This document shows, piece after piece, positions 25,401 through 36,100 of a DNA stretch of 59,591 nt; position 1 is the stretch's first letter; each line of letters starts with the position of its first letter. Where the stretch lies: contig JAHBMJ010000003.1 of assembly GCA_018398765.1 (NCBI GenBank), positions 1-59,591 of the forward strand. The letters run 5' to 3'. The notes under the pieces are model-generated. The model had not been told where the DNA came from. It did no database searches and saw nothing but the letters and a program-made list of their open reading frames with translations. Origin of the DNA: Chromera velia. Its lineage: Eukaryota. The position numbers and the translations under genes were made by a program.

Positions 25401-25507
25401 CGTGCAGACAGAATCTCTCCAGGAGACAATGTCTGAGTACGTGCGTATGTGTCACGCCCTTGGCCCCTGCGTCCTTCAACAGCACTACACTTCAGTTGAG
25501 GAATCAC
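21311..25507 (-). CDS. Helical-repeat (HPR/OPR/FASTK-like) protein with a C-terminal RAP-like domain, probable organellar RNA-binding protein; multi-exon, ends approximate
   Basis: The large exon (~25507-23438) carries repeats such as DFTVNQLSMLCLSL, LSPQGLAMVLWGLAK, FEMPHVVQILSALVR and LSPHDLTFSMNALGLL. Further exons lie near 22959-22852 and 21982-21311; the last has HLSVVLTL...HEASLGPFSVDVLIA, resembling a RAP domain start. Confidence 0.7.
22037..22126. repeat. Compound (CT)n(GT)n(GC)n microsatellite (intronic)
   Basis: Direct reading; a further (CT)n tract lies at 22305-22400. Confidence 0.9.
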
Positions 25508-25677
25508 CTCTGGTTTCTCTTTCCAGCTAGCAATTCTTTGTCAGTGTCTGGTCACAGCTGATCGATAATTCGCCTTCTTTTGAGACACTCTTAATCCTTC
25601 TTGACATGCAGGGGTGATCTTTCGTGATTCACCCCGCGATCGAAAGTGGCCCCGGAGGGCGGACTCCCCCCGGCGGA

Positions 25678-25701
25678 GCATGCATGCATGCATGGCATGC
25701 A
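25678..25701. promoter_or_regulatory. Overlapping TGCATGCA motifs in a short divergent intergenic region (putative ApiAP2-type sites)
   Basis: GCATGCATGCATGCATGGCATGCA lies between the head-to-head HPR/RAP gene and the BPI-like gene. Confidence 0.45.
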
Positions 25702-25945
25702 GAGCTCTCCATAGCTCTCCGTCTCCAAGAAGAAAAAACTTATTCTGAGGAATCTTGAAGAATCTCAGTGCATAAGACAGTATATACGCCTGACTGATCC
25801 ACAGGTCTCAAACTTAGCCAGCTTCAGTCAGTCGATTGCGCCAAGATTTTGTCATGCACTGTAGACTTAGTGGAAAGACAATATCTTGATTGTTCTGCAA
25901 CAGAAGTGGAACGTCAGGGATCTGCGCCACCCGTCTCCAACAGCA

Positions 25946-27889
25946 ATGTATCCTTTCGCGTCTCGTTTGGTTCTGACTCTTTCCTTTCTGTCCTGTCTGA
26001 GTCTTTCGCGAGCGCGAATTCCAGGCGTCTGGCTTGGCAGTGAGGGAAAGAGTTTGCAGGCAACTGCGTCAGGTTGGACCGGCTGCGAGGAGTTCTGTAA
26101 GAAAGCAGCCAACGATGGTGGCAGCACCTTCGCAGGTTTCGGTCAACCCGTAGGCACCGCACCCTATTGTGAAGCCACTTGCGATAATGACTGTTGGCGG
26201 AGAGCGTGCAAACCTGGTTTGGAAGACGGTAACAAATGTCTTTTGCGCGGCGAAAAGATTTGCTGCTGTGCCGTCGTTGGGTACACGCCTGATGGTGGCG
26301 AAGTGGTGATCAAGCCAGAGAGTTACCCTGTCGGGGTTCTCATGACCCGCACTTTGTTCAGAGACTCCGTCAGTCAGTTCAAGAAGGAAGCGATTCGAAA
26401 CATACTGAAGGGTTTCATGAATAAGGGGCTGGGGGGGGAGGAGTTGGTGAAGGATGGAGACAACCTGTTTGTGAGAGCGGCAGACCATCCAATTAAGAAA
26501 CTTGATGTCGGGGGGGTGATGATGGACGTCCAGTCACACAACACGATGTGGGTCTTTGGCGTTCAGGTGACCCTCGAGTTTGAGGCTTACTTAGAGTACA
26601 TGAAAGCGATGGGCGTATGTAAGGGGGATGTACGAGTCACCTTAGAGAAAATGATGCTCATGGTGTGGGTGGGGTTCAGCGAGGACAGCCGCAACAACGA
26701 CAACCCCCTCCGAGACATGCAAATTCATTTCACGGGGTACGATTTAGATGTAGAGGTGTTCAATATCCACGAAGAAGAACGGGATGCGTGTTCGAAAATC
26801 AATACCCTCGGGAGCGGTGTGGTGCCGCGGGCCGTGCTGAGTGCCCTTCCGGACAAGGTGAGAGAGGCTGAGGCGGAAATTAGGTCGCAGGTGATGAGTG
26901 CGATCGATAACAGTCTGTGGTTCAAAGTGGCTGACACCGTGTTGTCGGCCAAGACACGGATGGTGGGCAGACAGAATCGGTCCCTCTGGACCGTGGCTCA
27001 AGTGGGGGCCAAGTGGGCGCCTTCACAGAAATGTGAGAAGTGGAGTGGCCAGACAAACGAATGTGCCGCACACATCGCTGTGGAGGTAAACACAGGGAAT
27101 CGGAACCTGGGACTAGCGATTCATGACTGGCAGGCGGGTAACGTTCTCTGTGAGGTGGCAGAGGGGGGTTCTCCGTCGTTTTCTTTTGAGCTCGGCAGTG
27201 TGGCAAGCGTTTTGTTTTGGACTATGGTAGCAGGCCAAGGGGGCAATACGTACGAGAATGGTGTCAAGATAGGGGCATTTTTAGCGGCGGATCCAGAACC
27301 CAAAATGGTCTCCTCAGAATCCTCTCCGTCCTCTCTGTATTTGTCTCTTGGAGTTTCGTTCAGAGGGAGGAAGAAAGAAACGAAGGAGGAAGTCGATTTG
27401 TTGATTTTGAGTGTTCGGATGATCTTTGGAGTTGGCTTCAGAGTCCGGTCTGGGTCTCTGACGCCTAAGGTAGACCTGAAGGAAGTGGAGCAGGCCAAGG
27501 TTTTGGATTCCAAAGTGGAGACCCTGGGAGTAAAGGTTGTTTTGGATGTTGTGCGTAGGATTCTGAATGGGGCATTAATGGTCCCTGTCATTACTTCGTA
27601 CATTGAATCCCTCATTCCCTCCATCCAACTCCCCTCGTACCTTTCCGTTTCTGACACTGAGTTGTACACCAAAGACCGCTGCGTGTATTTCACCACGAGA
27701 GCAGACATGGACATGGAGAAGCTCTTGAAATCCGTCCTGGATTCACGAGCTGTGTCTCAGACTGACTCTCCCACAGTTCTGCCCCTCCCTGTCGACTCTC
27801 TCCCAGCAGCACCCACAGAAAACCCCCCGTTTATGGCCTTCGTGCGCACAGGGGGGAAGCCTCCCAGTGCTCAGGTCTCTGTTTCTTGA
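25946..27889 (+). CDS. Secreted protein: signal peptide + Cys-rich GTAPYC module + BPI/LBP/CETP (TULIP)-like lipid-binding region; intronless
   Basis: Open frame from ATG 25946 (MYPFASRLVLTLSFLSCLSLSRA); cysteine cluster GTAPYCEATCDNDC..C..GNKC..GEKICCC; C-terminal ILNGALMVPVITSYIESLIPSIQLPSYLSVSDTELY..D..YF resembles the BPI C-terminal domain. Confidence 0.7.
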   Translation: MYPFASRLVLTLSFLSCLSLSRARIPGVWLGSEGKSLQATASGWTGCEEFCKKAANDGGSTFAGFGQPVGTAPYCEATCDNDCWRRACKPGLEDGNKCLLRGEKICCCAVVGYTPDGGEVVIKPESYPVGVLMTRTLFRDSVSQFKKEAIRNILKGFMNKGLGGEELVKDGDNLFVRAADHPIKKLDVGGVMMDVQSHNTMWVFGVQVTLEFEAYLEYMKAMGVCKGDVRVTLEKMMLMVWVGFSEDSRNNDNPLRDMQIHFTGYDLDVEVFNIHEEERDACSKINTLGSGVVPRAVLSALPDKVREAEAEIRSQVMSAIDNSLWFKVADTVLSAKTRMVGRQNRSLWTVAQVGAKWAPSQKCEKWSGQTNECAAHIAVEVNTGNRNLGLAIHDWQAGNVLCEVAEGGSPSFSFELGSVASVLFWTMVAGQGGNTYENGVKIGAFLAADPEPKMVSSESSPSSLYLSLGVSFRGRKKETKEEVDLLILSVRMIFGVGFRVRSGSLTPKVDLKEVEQAKVLDSKVETLGVKVVLDVVRRILNGALMVPVITSYIESLIPSIQLPSYLSVSDTELYTKDRCVYFTTRADMDMEKLLKSVLDSRAVSQTDSPTVLPLPVDSLPAAPTENPPFMAFVRTGGKPPSAQVSVS

Positions 27890-28079
27890 GCGATGCAATG
27901 AGACGGCCCTTCATTGTTTTTTCCGACTCAGTCTGGAGTGAGTCTTCAGGTCTGTTTGGCTGATTGAATGTGGGAAGGAAGCCTTGTCGATAAACTCCTG
28001 AAAAGGGAAGGTGATCGTTTCGCTTGTCTTGTGCTTCTGGCAGGGGTGGACAGCAGCAGGGCGTCTGCGTGTGTGTTAG

Positions 28080-28095
28080 TGAGAGAGAGAGAGAG

Positions 28096-28134
<39 letters not shown>

Positions 28135-28155
28135 AACAGAGAGAGAAAGAGAGAC
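28080..28155. repeat. (GA)n/(AAAG)n microsatellite
   Basis: Direct reading. Confidence 0.9.
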
Positions 28156-28904
28156 TGAAGAGAAGCGGAGGTGAAGATGAGTGTCTGGTGACCGTGCTCT
28201 CTTCCTCATTCGTCTTTCTTTGGCACCCTGCCTCGTTGTGTCCTTTTTTTTGCCCCTTTTGTGAACAGTCAACATGCACACAAATTTGTTTGTCACTTTG
28301 AATTAATATTCGGCAGAAGTGCTTGCGCGTGAAAAAGCATGACTGCACCCGGGGTTGATCGATGCATGGTCGCTGCATCGTTGCCTGGATGTTTCCTGAC
28401 TGACTGGTTCGTATAATCATCGCTTTCCTGGCCCCGTTTCCATCCCTTTCTCGAGTTCTTCGTTTGGTTCGGTCCGCTCATGAGAAGAGAATGATTGGTC
28501 GGACTTCTCTTTCCTGAATGATGGCAGCTGGGTAATTAAGAGCAGGAGTACGCGGCGATGCAGGGGTGAGGATGGGTGTGGATCTGTGTATGACCGTACC
28601 CCTTCCTCCTCCTCTGCCAGAGTTGCTTTTGCCCCAGTTTTACTCGCAGGCTTACGCTTACCTAGATCCTTACTCCGAGTCCCCTTCACCCTTGCTTACC
28701 CTTGCATCACACTCAGCAACGGCTTTAGTCATGCATTCAAAAAAAAAGAAAAAAAAAAATGGAATTATAGAATAATTAACTAGATAGTATAAATACACTG
28801 GAACTATAGTGTGATACAATTCAAATTGTAACACAATACTCTATACACCAGTACCAGTAACACAAATAATTGTGTCACAATAGGTGTGATAAAATACTAT
28901 ACTA

Positions 28905-29282
28905 CCTAGGGGGACAAAATTAATGCATAATTTTTTTTAAAAAAACGAAGATTTGAGTTTGTCAAATAAAAGGGGCAGCGTTGGACCAAGCTGACCAAGT
29001 AGACTTAGTGAAGACTTATACTAACTAGTTGGGTCCTACGGGTCTCACATTGGGTCAAAAATTTAGTTTGAAGTCCTAAAATTTTTTTTTAATTCCTAGA
29101 GCGCTCCTAGACTACCATTTTTAGATTTAACACACAAAGCAAAATGACAGAGCTATATATAAATAGGAAGTTATCTTCTAGTCTGACGTTAGATTACTTT
29201 TACTAGGGTGCCACAAGCCCATGATGATTGTGTTGAAGATATGCTTCTTAGATATAATATGCATTAATTTTGTCCCCCTAGG
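28905..29282 (+). mobile_element. MITE copy 1 (~378 bp), inserted at CCTAGG
   Basis: TIR GGGGGACAAAATTAATGCATA / TATGCATTAATTTTGTCCCCC, with CTAG on both sides. Confidence 0.85.
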
Positions 29283-30222
29283 TGTGAAGGGCAAAATCAA
29301 CAATTTTCATTTTTGACAAAGTCACTTCTCACTCCTAGTCTGTTCTTGCAAGGCCCAGCTGTCATCAGACACTGTCATTCTTTCAAGTTATAGCTCTTTA
29401 TATCTGCCACCTCTGGTGAGAAAAGAATGCTGTTCTTAACTTATTTTCTGTCTGTTCTGCAATACACTGTGTGTATTGCCAAGTATTTTGGCACTACCTT
29501 CACTCCTTTCATTACAGAGACAGACTAAGCAAGAGACAGAAGAGCAGAGTAGGATGCTTGAAAGCGTTTTGGCTTGACTAAGGGATTAGCATATGACAGA
29601 GTCTACCAGGCTTCTACCTTAAAGGTCTTTCTAAAAAAAGTATATGCTTTGAAACATGAATTGAAAGTGACCGTTCTATGTTTACAAAGCTCTCCCTCTT
29701 TTCAAGTTTTTGGAGTCTGTTTTGTAACAGAACAGGTCTGGGAGAGGCTGCTAGAAAAACGCAATGTTTGCCTTTAGATTACAGATTGGAGCATTGTTTC
29801 TGTTCAGTGGGCTGAGAAGAATGGACTAACCCGGCTGCTTGACCATCTGGCCGATATCGATGTTTCAATTTCTACTTGTAAAAACTTTTTAAAACCAAAA
29901 TAATTCTAATAGATAACAAACAGCCGCACAAGTTTACAGTAATGAAAGAAAAACGTTGATGCTTTTCAACTGTATTGTTGTTGTAAGCAAAGCCTTACAG
30001 CAATACGTGTAGGCACTCTATGATTTTTTTGAAAAAAACTGAAAAACAAAAAACAGAAATTTCATAGACACACTATGATAAAAATAAAATCAATCTCAAA
30101 TGTTAACCCACATCAAACAGTATCATTGCATCACAAATTATTCAAAGTATTTTTACATGAAATTGATTTATATCTTTTTGACGTTTTGATTTAATTGATG
30201 AATTAATGTTGAGCGCTCCACA

Positions 30223-30611
30223 CCTAGGGGAACAAAATTAATGCATAATTTTTTTGAAAAAAGCGAAGATTTGAGTTTGTTAAATAAAAGGGGCAGCGTT
30301 GGACCAAGCTGACCAAGTAGACTTAGTGAAGACTTATACTAACTAGTTGGGTCCTACGGGTTTCACATTGGGTCAAAAATTTAGTTTGAAGTCCTAAAAT
30401 TTTTTTTTTAAATTCCTAGAGCGCTCCTAGACTACCATTTTTTAATTTTACAGATTTAATTTATAAAGCAAAACGACAGAGCTATATATAAATAGGAAGT
30501 TATCTTTTAGTCTGATGTTAGATTACTTTTACTAGGGTGTCACAAGCCTATGATGATTGTGTTGAAGATATGCTTCTTAGATATAATATGCATTAATTTT
30601 GTCCCCCTAGG
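30223..30611 (+). mobile_element. MITE copy 2 (~389 bp), same orientation as copy 1, inserted at CCTAGG
   Basis: Near-identical to 28905-29282, with the same TIRs. Confidence 0.85.
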
Positions 30612-30871
30612 TAGTAGTTAGAGTGACTAAGTCTTAGGTGTGATATGATCCTAGACTTTCAGAGTGACTTGAAGTCTTCAGAGTCGTTAAAGATCAGACT
30701 GTTCTTCTACATTCACTCACTTTCAATTAATATTCACTTAGTATTCACCTCAGTCATTCACTCACAAGGATTCACTGACGGTGACTGACCAGGTCCTCAC
30801 TCATTCACTCCACAAATGATGAAGCACACCTAGCTACCCCTTCTTGTTCTTCAGCCGCTTTGCATTAACGG

Positions 30872-31109
30872 CTAGGCATGTCACAGCAAAAAAAAAAAAA
30901 GTTTCTATCTAAAAACGAATTATTTACTTTTTTTTTTTTTCTCTGCAACACCTTGCAACACTTGTGTAACACCAGTGCAACTAGCCATGCAACAGCTAAA
31001 CAACAGTCACAGAGTCATACGGTTGTTTTAAACAAAAAAAAAAAAAGAAAAAAAAAAGTACCTGACAAAGAGAGTTATTTATTTTTTTTTTTCTCTGTGA
31101 TACCCCTAG
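30872..31109. mobile_element. MITE, 238 bp, ~9-bp TSD (MULE- or hAT-like)
   Basis: TIR CTAGGCATGTCACAG(A)n / (T)nCTCTGTGATACCCCTAG; flanks CATTAACGG / TATTAACGG; internal TGCAACA repeats. Confidence 0.7.
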
Positions 31110-31575
31110 TATTAACGGTATCCTCGGCATATCTAGCAGATTGTCATTTTGTCTTATACATCTCCTCTGTTATGCAGCGAATGTCTCCCGCTTCCCAGCA
31201 ACCCTCAGCCTTGCGAAGAGTCAGAAGCTTTTTGACTTTGTGCTCAGTGGAGTCTTTCTAAGACTTTTTTGCGCCTTCGCAAATCTTTCTTTTGAATCAC
31301 TTTCTTGACCATAGTGAAGCGTTAAAAAGAAGAATACGGGAAGCGACAAGGCCAAAAAGAACTGAGACGGCTGTTTTTCTTGCGGGGTCATGTAGAATTT
31401 GTATACATGCATGTGCAGAGTCCATATAGAGTCCGCGCGGCCTGCAGCGGCTATGACACTGCCCCCCGACGCGTGTCAAACCATGCTAAACGCAGTAAAT
31501 ACACAATCTACAACTATTTTTTTCACACATAAGTATGATTTAATTGAATCGGTCAAAAGCTCTTAAAATCATAAT

Positions 31576-31836
31576 TTAGGCTCCACACTACATAAAAAAA
31601 AATAAAAGAAGAGAAATTTTTTTTTTTTAATTATGGATTTTTTTTTTATTTATCATAGCATTCAATATGCAAACAACTGTTGTTCAAGTGTTGCACTAGA
31701 TGTTGCAAGAGTGTTGCATGGGGTGTTGTATTGAAAACCATATACTTTTTAGCTGATAAATAAAAAAAAAAAATGAAAGATTGGAAACTTCTTTTTTTTT
31801 CTTTTTTTTTTTTTTTTTATGGAGTGCAGAGCCTAC
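31576..31836. mobile_element. MITE, ~260 bp, 8-9-bp TSD
   Basis: TIR TAGGCTCCACACTACAT(A)n / (T)nATGGAGTGCAGAGCCTA; flanks ATCATAAT(T)/ATCACAAT(T), single in the intact hAT copy; internal TGTTGCA repeats. Confidence 0.75.
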
Positions 31837-32377
31837 ATCACAATTATTGTATCACAAATCATTGTGACACAAAAGGTTCTAGGAAGTTGAAGTATAGGAT
31901 ACTAGCCTGCCGCGTATCTATGCTTGCTTCTGGATCTGGCGAGCCGAGCGTGCAGGCCGTGCCGCGTGGTGCCGAAGCACCGTGCTGGCCGGGATAAGAT
32001 TGCCGCGCGCGCATTCGATTTTGTACGATTTGTGCCGCGCACATTCAGCACCAGCCAGTTCAGATCGATTCACTTCATGCAGCACTAGCTGATTGAACGT
32101 CTTTCGGCGGTTCATTCTACTTTACCTTGACGGACAGACTATTTTATGAAGTAGTTCTACCATTATGAAGATCTAGCTCTGCATTCCGTTTGACTATCAT
32201 TTCAAATTGGTCATTCTTTTTTGCGGTTGACAGCGCTCTGTTGTGTTCCGTTTTGGTCAGTCAATAACTGCAACGATCACTTCCGTCTCTGTATTTTTCT
32301 CCAGCAGTCTTTTCCTCCACTCTTCTACAAATTGGAAGCCGCCCGTTCCAGTCAGAACTGGAATGGCAGAATGCTTT

Positions 32378-33124
32378 TGTAAAAGAAAACGACAGTCCCG
32401 TTCCTGGTCGGATTCGCGGAGGGTGAATTCTGGTCCCGGCCTTTCCATTTGTCCCTTCGCCCCCAGCCAGAGAAAGGAGCGACGCTCACGCGGCGGCCCA
32501 TCCACACGGGGTGGCGGGGCGCTTGCGACAGAGGTGTGCATGTTATGAGTTCCATGGTATGGCCTGCATGCACTTTGGTATAAGAAATAAACCCGAGGCA
32601 CTCACTGTGGTGGCATGTGCTCCAGGCCTTCATATGGGATTTAATTAGGCCAATGGTGCGGTTATACCATCGGAGGCTTCAGAATTAATTCCGGTCGAAT
32701 TAATTTCCAGACGGTCAGACAGACGTGCACGGCAGTTACCATCTGTCTGAATGAGAGACTTGACCTAGGGATTGACAGAGCCTCATGTGTAGGATCTGTA
32801 CTGTGCCCTATGTATCTCTGTGGTTCTCTTGTGCTCTAAGTATTGCACAAGGCCACCAGCAGGAGCGTACTGTGGACTGTGGAAGTTCATAGATTTTTTG
32901 TCTGGTGAAAAGACTGATCAGATATTTATTTCTGTCCATCTGTATCGGTCTAGACGAGTACGTTACGTTAACGTATTCACTGTGGTCCTCTAATAGGAGA
33001 GGGCCAGGAATTCGGGAGTATAGCAGGTTGAGGAGTCCTCTAGAAAGGCTAGAGGATCGACATGGGAGGGCTCATAGGATTCCACTGGAAGAATCTCGAG
33101 AGAGGTGAGACTCTACTTTTCACT
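32378..33124 (+). repeat. 5' LTR of the copia element
   Basis: Aligns without gaps to 51171-51917 (about 94% identical by manual count). Confidence 0.95.
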
Positions 33125-33141
33125 GGTGCCGTCACTGAGGG
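33124..33141 (+). promoter_or_regulatory. Primer-binding site TGGTGCCGTCACTGAGGG
   Basis: Begins with TGG at the LTR end and is compatible with a tRNA 3' end (A73 discriminator, C61). Confidence 0.75.
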
Positions 33142-36100
33142 AGTCTCCCGTTGTCGTTCCGACAACATTCCCCTTATTGTATTCCCGATTCCCTACTGCA
33201 GATAACCTACCATGGGTCCCAAGAAGGACGCTCCCCATGGGTGCGTCGCGATCAAGGGTATAGAGGCGAAGACCGTGGGCTTCTTCAGCCTCACGGACGA
33301 TGTGGACATCATCGAGTGGGTACGGCAATATGCAGATGCTGTTGCCATTCTCGGTGACTCGGACGAGTGGTGCGGCAGGCTCACCCTCACGAACAGGAAC
33401 AAGGTGGGGGTCAACGTCAAGCACTACATTGCAAAGACCGAGATGGAAGTGCTGGAGAAGGTGGTGGAACAGGTGCTCCACCTCAGCTCAGAAGTCTTTG
33501 AGCAGCTCCGGATTTTCCACAGGCACGTTGTGGACTGCGTTTCTCTGCCCGACGTGGAGTGGATGAAGAGATATCTGCAGCGGACCAACGTCCTGAGAAT
33601 GGGCAAGGCGAGGATCATAGAAATCAGGGAGCTTCTCTCATGCCGAGAGAAGGAGAGAATCTCTGGTCCCCAGTTGAAGTCCCTGAATGAGCAGATCCTC
33701 TTCCTGCAGGCTCTAAAGGAACCCTCCTCACTCTTCCTGTCTCGCCCTGTTATGTTTTCTTCAGGTGGGGAGCTCCATGGGGGAGCTCCAACAGAGACGA
33801 AAGTGAAGACGGAGGAGGAGATGGGAGCGATACCAAACACCTCCCGTCAGATGACCATCCCCGTGTCCAGTGAGCAGCGTCCGGCCTCTGTTGAGCAGGA
33901 CCGCCGTAGCAGTAGCAGTAGCAGCTCCAGTGGGAGGATGCAGGTGGTCGGTATACGACTTGACGCCACCCTGGCGGAGAAGAAAAGGAAGCAGTATGAG
34001 GACCTTGTGGCGCAGATATCGGGTCTGGACGCCGAACGGGGTGCTGATAAGCTCCGAATTCTAGAGATCCAGAAGGAGGAGAATGATGTGATGAGTAGCA
34101 TACCCAAGAGGGACAACTTCCCTGAGGGGTCCAAAGGGAAGGAGGAGTATGCAACAGAGCTGGCATCCTGGGCCGAGAAGAAAGAGGTCTTCGACGCTGG
34201 GAAGGCTGACAGGGATACGCTGGTAGCGACCCTGTAAGGTCACATCGACCAGTTGGCGTCAGATGTGTTTGCTCTCAACAAGCAAGCCGACAAACTCCGC
34301 AAGGAGATAGACACGCTCTCTCCTCCTCCCCAGGCCAAGGGCGTCCCTGGGGGTGCTGCTGAAGGCTGCCTGCCTTCGGTATTCCTGATGACCCCCCTTA
34401 CGGGTGGGGGGGTGTATCCTGCAGTGTCTCCCCCTGAACCTGCGACGGTGTCTGTAGGTGGGAGGGTGCGTACTGGTGATGTCGGGGCTCCGGAGGCTCC
34501 TGACATCTTCTCTTTCCTGGGAGTTAGGGAGTCGAGTGGGACTCGGAGGAGGCCGAAGTGTGACCCTGAGGATCCTCTCATCGCCTACACCCTGGAGGAG
34601 ATCTTAACATCGGTCCCGAGGACCTTTGTGGAGATGTGCAATAAGGTCGTGGCGATGATCTTCACGCACTTTTTCAAGACGATCCAGTACTCAACCTCTG
34701 CTCTCGTCTTGGAGTACGAGAGGATTGCCTGTAAGCTCTGTAGGTTTGGGACCTACACGGAGCTGCTGGCATATCACAAGCGTCTCCTGAACCACCTGGT
34801 TGAGGAGAACATCGTCCACGAGCTTGGCGTGAAGTACAGGCTTGGGCTCCTGACTGCGTACCTACCAAACGACCTCATAATGAGGTGGCAGGAGAGGCAG
34901 ACCCCGGTGGACCTCACCAGTGAAGTGGAGATCACCAAGGAGATCCATGCCATCGCTGCCCAGGCGGAGACCTTTAACAAGTCTCTCGGGGATGCATGGG
35001 ACCAGGGCCTGGTCAAAGGAGCTCTCGTCGAGGACTTGAAGAGAGAGTGGGAACAGAAGGCGGCAACCTTCGGTGTGAAGGACTCGGGGGGTGCCTCGCG
35101 GGGGGCCATCATTCCGAAGGTTCCTTTCGTGGCGTTCGCGGGGCCTAGAGGAGTCCCGCAGAGGAAGTCCCCTTCCAAGGCAAAGGGAGGGAAACCCTCA
35201 GGAGGCAAGACCCCTGACTCTGGCAGGAAGGACAGGGGCAACTCTGATCGTGGTAGGCAGGGCGGTGCTGGTGGGGGTTTCGGTAAGGGGGATGGCGGGG
35301 GGAGCTCCAATCGGGGGCGCTCTCCTGGGTCCAATTCCTGCTCCCTCCAGTCGATACAATGACAAGGGGGTGGAAGGAAAGGACCGTCCTCCCACTCAGG
35401 CCATTGTCAACCCCAGGGGTCCCAACAGGAACCCCGTTCTCGATCGATATGGTGTCTAACACTGGGATAGAACCGGATCGGATACGTTTATCGGAACGAT
35501 GGCGGGTCCTGGAGAAACTCCCATCAAATCCGGTCAGTGGGATGGAGAGTTTAGGTCTTTGTGGGACAAAGCGTGTTGGGATCCTGCCAGCAGGAAAAGC
35601 CTTCCCCACGGGTACTGCGATGGGCAGTGCCTGAGATGTAACCGTTCAGACGGACATGTAGAGTGGGGGGGCCATGGGGCCTGTCCTTGGATTCGGAAGA
35701 AGGACGGCTGCCCAGCGTGTAAAACGATAGGCCATGCTCCCAACAACTGCCCTGACGAGAACGCGAAGAAGCGATGGATGATGAAGCAGATAGACAAGAC
35801 TGGGCAGGACAAGGGCGGCTCCGGGGGCCGTCCTAAAGGTCCTCCGGGAGGAGGAGGCCGTGGAGGCGGCTCCAGAGACCGTCGAGGGTCTCCTTATCCT
35901 GGTCGTGGGGGCGGCTCAGGGGGGAGAGGAGGCGGTGGGGGTCGTGGCCATGGTGGGCATACCCTTTCTCCCGGCAGGTTCAACAACGAGAACTTCGAAA
36001 AGAAGAACTCAGACTCCAGACAGGCGCAGCGGGGGAGTAGTGTCCCTCCTGTGTCCTCGTAGAATGTCGGTCCTAGGGGTCAGGACGACGATGATAGTGT

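Larger units (their letters stand above)
28902..30614. mobile_element. TA-TSD (Tc1/mariner-like) non-autonomous element, ~0.95-kb core, with a MITE inserted in each TIR
   Basis: Removing the two MITEs restores TIRs CTACCTAGGTGTGAAGGGC / GCGCTCCACACCTAGGTAG flanked by TA (28900-01, 30615-16). A decayed + strand frame lies at ~29550-29903. Confidence 0.75.

Noticed and set aside
32243..33108. ORFs repeated at 51003-51901
   Set aside because: They are duplicated only because they lie in the LTRs.
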